DNA from: an uncultured virus (IMG/VR IMGVR_UViG_3300027963_000002)
Lineage: Duplodnaviria > Heunggongvirae > Uroviricota > Caudoviricetes
Reading direction: 5' to 3' (one strand)
Length of the DNA: 64,000 nucleotides
IMG/VR virus record: IMGVR_UViG_3300027963_000002
Part shown: positions 59,311 to 64,000 of the stretch, in pieces
Layout of the letters: every line of letters begins with the position of its first letter
How positions within the stretch are numbered: position 1 is the first letter of the stretch
Program-made: the position numbers and the translations under genes
Notes under the pieces: generated by a model
Seen by the model: the letters and a program-made list of their open reading frames with translations, nothing else
What the model was told of the DNA's origin: nothing
Database searches by the model: none

Positions 59311-60479
59311 GCTATATTGCTTCTGGTAACACTGTTACTACTTCTATTAAAATCTCTGGCGATACAACTGGTAATCTTATCTTCACGACTAGCGGAGCAA
59401 ATACAACTGCGCTTACTTTAGATACTGCACAAACTGCTACTTTTGCTGGTTCTGTTTCTCTCTCAAACATTACCTCATCTAGCAACGTAATTATTACTTC
59501 TACTGCATCAAACGGCACAATCAACATGAACGCTTCTACTGGTGGGCTTATTGTTCCTACTGGTACAACGGCTCAAAGACCAGCCAGTCCAGCAGCAGGC
59601 ACATTTAGATATAACACAAGCAATAACGTAACTGAGGTTTATTCAGGCGTTGCATGGACTTCTATTACTTCACAAACATATTCTGCGTCTTATCTTATTG
59701 TTGCTGGTGGTGGTGGTGCGGCAGGCGATATTTCTGGTGGTGCTGGTGCTGGCGGTGTTTTGTCTGGCACTTACACAATGGATATTGGAACAACTTATTC
59801 CATAGTTATTGGTTCTGGCGGTTCTGCTGGCAATGGAAGCAGACCATCAACAGGTGCAACCAACGGAAGCAATACTACAGCTTTAAGTTTAACAGCCGTA
59901 GGTGGCGGTAAAACATACGGATATGCTTCATCAACTACTCAAGCTGGTGCTTCAGGTGGTAGCGGTGGTGGTGGTGGTGGCTCTGATTCTGGATATACAA
60001 CTCCAGGTGGCGCAGGCACTTCTGGTCAGGGTTACGCAGGCGGCAATGGCGGTTATGGCTCAAATTATGGTGGTGGCGGTGGAGGCGGCGCAGGGGCAGT
60101 AGGTAGCGCAGTAGGTAGCGCAGGAAGTTCTACTGGTGGCGTTGGTGTTTCATCTTCAATTACTGGTTCTGCTGTTTATTACGCAGGTGGAGGCGGTGGT
60201 GGTTATAACGGTTCAGGTAGCGGTTCTGCTGGCGGTTCAGGTGGCGGTGGTACAGGTGGAACTGCATCTGTATCAGCAGTAGCTGGAACTGCCAATACTG
60301 GTGGCGGTGGAGGTGGTGCAACAGGCAGTCAATCAGGTGCGGCTGGTGGTAGCGGAGTAGTTATATTTAGTGTACCAACTACTAACTACACAGCAACTAC
60401 TACTGGTAGCCCAACAGTTACTACTTCTGGTAGCAACACAATTATGAAATTTACAGCATCAGGTTCTTACACGGCTTAA
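59307..60479 (+). CDS. Gly-rich tail fibre/adhesin 1
   Basis: PTGTTAQRP, RYNT, YLIVAGGGG, polyglycine repeats, GGSGVVI. Confidence 0.75.
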   Translation: MSYIASGNTVTTSIKISGDTTGNLIFTTSGANTTALTLDTAQTATFAGSVSLSNITSSSNVIITSTASNGTINMNASTGGLIVPTGTTAQRPASPAAGTFRYNTSNNVTEVYSGVAWTSITSQTYSASYLIVAGGGGAAGDISGGAGAGGVLSGTYTMDIGTTYSIVIGSGGSAGNGSRPSTGATNGSNTTALSLTAVGGGKTYGYASSTTQAGASGGSGGGGGGSDSGYTTPGGAGTSGQGYAGGNGGYGSNYGGGGGGGAGAVGSAVGSAGSSTGGVGVSSSITGSAVYYAGGGGGGYNGSGSGSAGGSGGGGTGGTASVSAVAGTANTGGGGGGATGSQSGAAGGSGVVIFSVPTTNYTATTTGSPTVTTSGSNTIMKFTASGSYTA

Positions 60480-60493
60480 CAAAGGAGATTCTA

Positions 60494-60862
60494 ATGAGCC
60501 ATTATGCAAAAGTAGTAGACGGTAAAGTTACACAAGTAATTGTGGCTGAAGCCGATTTTTTTAACAACTTCGTGGATTCTAGTCCAGGTCAGTGGTTGCA
60601 AACCAGCTATAACACCCGTGGCGGAAAGCATTACGACCCTACTACAGGTCAAGAAGACGGTGGTGTTGCTCTAAGAGGTAATTACGCTGGTATTGGTTAT
60701 TCTTATGACTATATCAATGACGTATTTATTGCACCCAAACCATTCTCAAGCTGGAAACTAAACGATACTACATGGACATGGGAAGCACCAACACCTATGC
60801 CAGACGGTCAGTATCAATGGGATGAAGCCACGACATCGTGGAAAGAAGTAGTACCTGCTTAA
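60494..60862 (+). CDS. Tail fibre-associated protein
   Basis: MSHYAKV, WLQTSYN, NYAGIG, W.APTP. Confidence 0.6.
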   Translation: MSHYAKVVDGKVTQVIVAEADFFNNFVDSSPGQWLQTSYNTRGGKHYDPTTGQEDGGVALRGNYAGIGYSYDYINDVFIAPKPFSSWKLNDTTWTWEAPTPMPDGQYQWDEATTSWKEVVPA

Positions 60863-60871
60863 GGAAAAGCT

Positions 60872-61951
60872 ATGCCAGTAATTATTAGCGGCGGTTCAGG
60901 AAGTGCAAATCTAAGTGGAGACACTGGTCTTACTGCGTCTAATATTACTAGCTCAGCTAACATAACAATTACTTCCACTGCTTCAAATGGCACAATCAAT
61001 ATGAATGCCACTACTGGTGGTTTAATTGTTCCAAAAGGGACAGATGCGCAACGCCCTGTAAATGCAGCGGCTGGTACGTTTCGTTTTAATACAAGCAATA
61101 ATGCAACTGAAGTTTATTCTGGGGTTGCTTGGGTAACATTAACTTCTCAAACATATTCTGCATCTTATCTTGTTGTGGCGGGTGGAGGCGGAGGTGGAGT
61201 TTATGGTGGTGGCGGTGGAGCAGGTGGATTGCTTACTAATTCCACAACATTAAATGGTGGCACAACTTATACAGTTACCATTGGTGCTGGTGGTACAGGT
61301 GGTACATCAAGACCTGTTATTGGTGGAAATGGTGGAAATTCTTCAGTTTTTAGTCAAACTGCTATTGGTGGTGGTGGTGGCGCAAGTGATAATGGTGGAA
61401 CAACTAGCTCTAGCGTAACTGTTGGCGCTTCAGGTGGTTCAGGAGGTGGAGGCTCATATCCAAGTAGTTCTGCTGGTGGAGCAGGTACATCTGGTCAAGG
61501 CTACGCAGGTGGTTCTGGGGTAAATTCTGCTTCTAGCTATGGTGGTGGAGGCGGAGGTGGTTCTTCAGCTATTGGAAGCAATGGCTCTGGTAGTGCTGGA
61601 GGAAATGGTGGTGCTGGTACAGCTTCTTCTATAACTGGCTCTAGTGTTACTTATGCTGGCGGTGGCGGCGGCGGCGCTCAAAGTAGTGGTACTAGAGGCA
61701 CAGGTGGCTCAGGTGGCGGAGGAACAGGTGGCAATAGTTCAAATGTACCGACTGCAGGTACTACAAACTTAGGAAGCGGTGGCGGTGGAGATGGTAATGG
61801 TGTTACTGGAGCAAATGGAGGTTCTGGAATTGTAATTATTAGTGTTCCAACTACAAACTATTCTGGCACTACTACAGGTAGCCCGACAGTTACTACTAGC
61901 GGCTCAAACACAATTATGAGTTTTACTGCTTCTGGTAGTTACACAGCCTAA
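60872..61951 (+). CDS. Gly-rich tail fibre/adhesin 2
   Basis: Paralogue of 59307..60479. Confidence 0.75.
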   Translation: MPVIISGGSGSANLSGDTGLTASNITSSANITITSTASNGTINMNATTGGLIVPKGTDAQRPVNAAAGTFRFNTSNNATEVYSGVAWVTLTSQTYSASYLVVAGGGGGGVYGGGGGAGGLLTNSTTLNGGTTYTVTIGAGGTGGTSRPVIGGNGGNSSVFSQTAIGGGGGASDNGGTTSSSVTVGASGGSGGGGSYPSSSAGGAGTSGQGYAGGSGVNSASSYGGGGGGGSSAIGSNGSGSAGGNGGAGTASSITGSSVTYAGGGGGGAQSSGTRGTGGSGGGGTGGNSSNVPTAGTTNLGSGGGGDGNGVTGANGGSGIVIISVPTTNYSGTTTGSPTVTTSGSNTIMSFTASGSYTA

Positions 61952-62232
61952 TGCCAAGCACAATAAATGCCCAAGCTGGCAACGCCTCACAATGGACTGC
62001 GCTAATTAAAACAGCGAACGGTACGGCAAATCTATCTTTACAAACTAATGGTTCAACTGCTCTACTTATAGATCAGAATCAAAATGCTAACTGTACTTCA
62101 ACGGGCGCTATAAAAATCCCAGCAGGTACAACTGCACAAAGACCTAGCCCAGCAGTAAACGGTATGGTTAGATATAACACAACAAACGCAAAGCTAGAAG
62201 GCTATGCAAACAATTCTTGGGCGGTATTTTGA
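61951..62232 (+). CDS. Short tail fibre-like protein
   Basis: PAGTTAQRP..GMVRYNT module without Gly-rich tip. Confidence 0.6.
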   Translation: MPSTINAQAGNASQWTALIKTANGTANLSLQTNGSTALLIDQNQNANCTSTGAIKIPAGTTAQRPSPAVNGMVRYNTTNAKLEGYANNSWAVF

Positions 62233-64000
62233 CTACTAAACTTAACGCCTCTACAGCAGGTTTAGTTGAAACTGTTGATACTTCTGGAATTTTAGAACTT
62301 CAGACAGCAAACACAACCGCAATAACTATAGATACTAGCCAGAATATTAACTGCGCTTCAACGGGCGCTATTGTTGTTCCACTGGGTACTACAGCACAAA
62401 GACCGACAGCAGCCAATGGGATGCTTAGATATAACACTTCTATATCTAATTTTGAGTCTTATATTAATAACGCATGGGGTGTATTTACTGTTACTTTTGC
62501 TCCTGTTAATTCGGTCGCCCCTGTAATTTCTGGCTCTAATGTCTTTGTAGGGTCTAACTTAACTTCTACTACGGGTACATGGACTAATACTCCAACGTCC
62601 TACGCATACCAATGGTTAGCTAATTCAACCGCCATAGTAGCCAACGCTACGGCTAACGTCTTTACACTAACTGCAACCCAGACGGGCGCTAATATAACCT
62701 GTAATGTAACGGCAGTAAATGCCGCTGGAAACTCGACTCCTGCTACATCAAATACGCTTGGCCCAGTCGTTGCTGGTGTTACTGCTAGTTACCTAGTTGT
62801 AGCTGGTGGTGGTTCTGGAGGTGGTGGGTATAACAGCGGTTCAGGAACTTCTGGTGGTGGCGGTGGCGGCGCTGGCGGACTTTTAACTGGTACAACAATT
62901 CTTCAATTAGCAAATACGTATTCAATCACTATTGGTGCTGGTGGTGCTGGTGTTACTGGTGGCGGTGGTGGTATTAATGGATCTAATTCATCAATTACTG
63001 GTCTTACTACTGTTGTAGGTGGTGGTGGCGGTGGTGGTATTGCCCCTGGCGGTGTATTTACTCAGGCTAAAGCTGGCGGATCAGGTGGTGGTGCTGTTTC
63101 TGGTGCGGCATCTAGTGGCGGAGCAAACGTTGCTAGTCAAGGATATTACGGTGGAAATAATAGTGGTAGTTACGCTTCTGGTAATTATCCAGCTGCTGGT
63201 GGCGGTGGAGCTGGTCAGGTTGGTCAAGATGTTGTTAGCACTTCAGTTGCTGGATCTGGTGGAAATGGTGTAAGTTCATCAATTAGTGGCTCTGCTATAA
63301 CTTATGCTGGCGGTGGCGGTGGATCTACATATAATGGCGGAACTCCAGGATCTGGCGGCTCAGGCGGTGGCGGTGCTGGTGCTAATGGAAGTGCTAACGG
63401 AACTAATGGCGCTACTAATTTAGGTGCTGGTGGTGGCGGAACAAGCTCTACTGGTGGAAACTATACAACTGGCGCTGGCGGTTCAGGCATTGTAATTATC
63501 AGCTACACAGGCGCACAACAATTTGGTGGCGGTGTAATTACAACCGATGGCACAAACACTATCCACACATTCAATACAAGTGGTGTACTAAGTCCTATTA
63601 GTTCTTTATCTGCAAGCTATTTAATAGTAGCTGGTGGCGGTGGTGGCGGTGCAAACTACGGAGGCGGTGGTGGTGCTGGTGGTTTACTTGCTTCTAATGT
63701 AACCATTGATACAAATTCAACTTACACAATTACTGTAGGTTCTGGAGGCGCTGGTTCGCCAGCAGTTATAGCAGGTAATATTGGTGGTAGTGGTTCTAAT
63801 TCAGCATTTAGTGCATATGCTACAGCCGCAGTTGGCGGTGGTGGTGGAGCAGGACAAAATAGTGCTGCTGGTGCTAATGGTGGCTCAGGAGGCGGTTCAG
63901 CCGTATCTGCTTCTGTTTCTTCAGGAACTGCTTCACAAGGAAATGCTGGCGGTCAAGGTGCTACAAGCGCAAACTATGGCGGTGGTGGTGGTGGTGGCGC
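62229..64000 (+). CDS. Gly-rich tail fibre/adhesin 3 with Ig-like domain (partial, not in ORF track)
   Basis: TTG start overlapping upstream TGA; frame open to window end; APVNSVAPVISG..TGTW..YAYQW Ig-like domain then two Gly-rich domains. Confidence 0.75.
   Translation, partial: MTTKLNASTAGLVETVDTSGILELQTANTTAITIDTSQNINCASTGAIVVPLGTTAQRPTAANGMLRYNTSISNFESYINNAWGVFTVTFAPVNSVAPVISGSNVFVGSNLTSTTGTWTNTPTSYAYQWLANSTAIVANATANVFTLTATQTGANITCNVTAVNAAGNSTPATSNTLGPVVAGVTASYLVVAGGGSGGGGYNSGSGTSGGGGGGAGGLLTGTTILQLANTYSITIGAGGAGVTGGGGGINGSNSSITGLTTVVGGGGGGGIAPGGVFTQAKAGGSGGGAVSGAASSGGANVASQGYYGGNNSGSYASGNYPAAGGGGAGQVGQDVVSTSVAGSGGNGVSSSISGSAITYAGGGGGSTYNGGTPGSGGSGGGGAGANGSANGTNGATNLGAGGGGTSSTGGNYTTGAGGSGIVIISYTGAQQFGGGVITTDGTNTIHTFNTSGVLSPISSLSASYLIVAGGGGGGANYGGGGGAGGLLASNVTIDTNSTYTITVGSGGAGSPAVIAGNIGGSGSNSAFSAYATAAVGGGGGAGQNSAAGANGGSGGGSAVSASVSSGTASQGNAGGQGATSANYGGGGGGG

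Overview
The whole window is tailed dsDNA phage sequence (Caudoviricetes, podovirus-like gene set), apparently circularly permuted, with no host genes, tRNA, CRISPR array or integrase seen. + strand 1-15.9 kb: lysis genes, a tail hub and putative ejected (internal virion) proteins, including a 2436-aa LPD38-type polyvalent protein. - strand 15.9-31.8 kb: replication module (primase-helicase, SSB, SNF2 helicase, nucleases, PolA) next to a glycan-synthesis cluster (two GT-A glycosyltransferases, FkbM-like methyltransferase, radical SAM/SPASM protein, GT10 fucosyltransferase). - strand 31.7-43.2 kb: probable early genes (MoxR AAA + vWA, amidoligase + GATase, many small ORFs) and a likely origin. 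43.2-43.7 kb: divergent control region. + strand 43.7-64 kb: terminase, portal, GroES, scaffold, capsid, neck and Gly-rich tail fibres. Main observations: (1) putative external virion proteins are strongly enriched in N-X-S/T sequons while the giant internal protein is not, and the phage encodes its own glycosyltransferase cluster, suggesting a virion N-glycosylation system; (2) a candidate ~100-nt trans-acting sRNA is complementary to two RBS motif families of the early genes; (3) two pseudoknotted RNA candidates; (4) a ~15-kb early region without CCGG or GGCC. All counts were made by eye and family calls come from motif recognition, not database searches.
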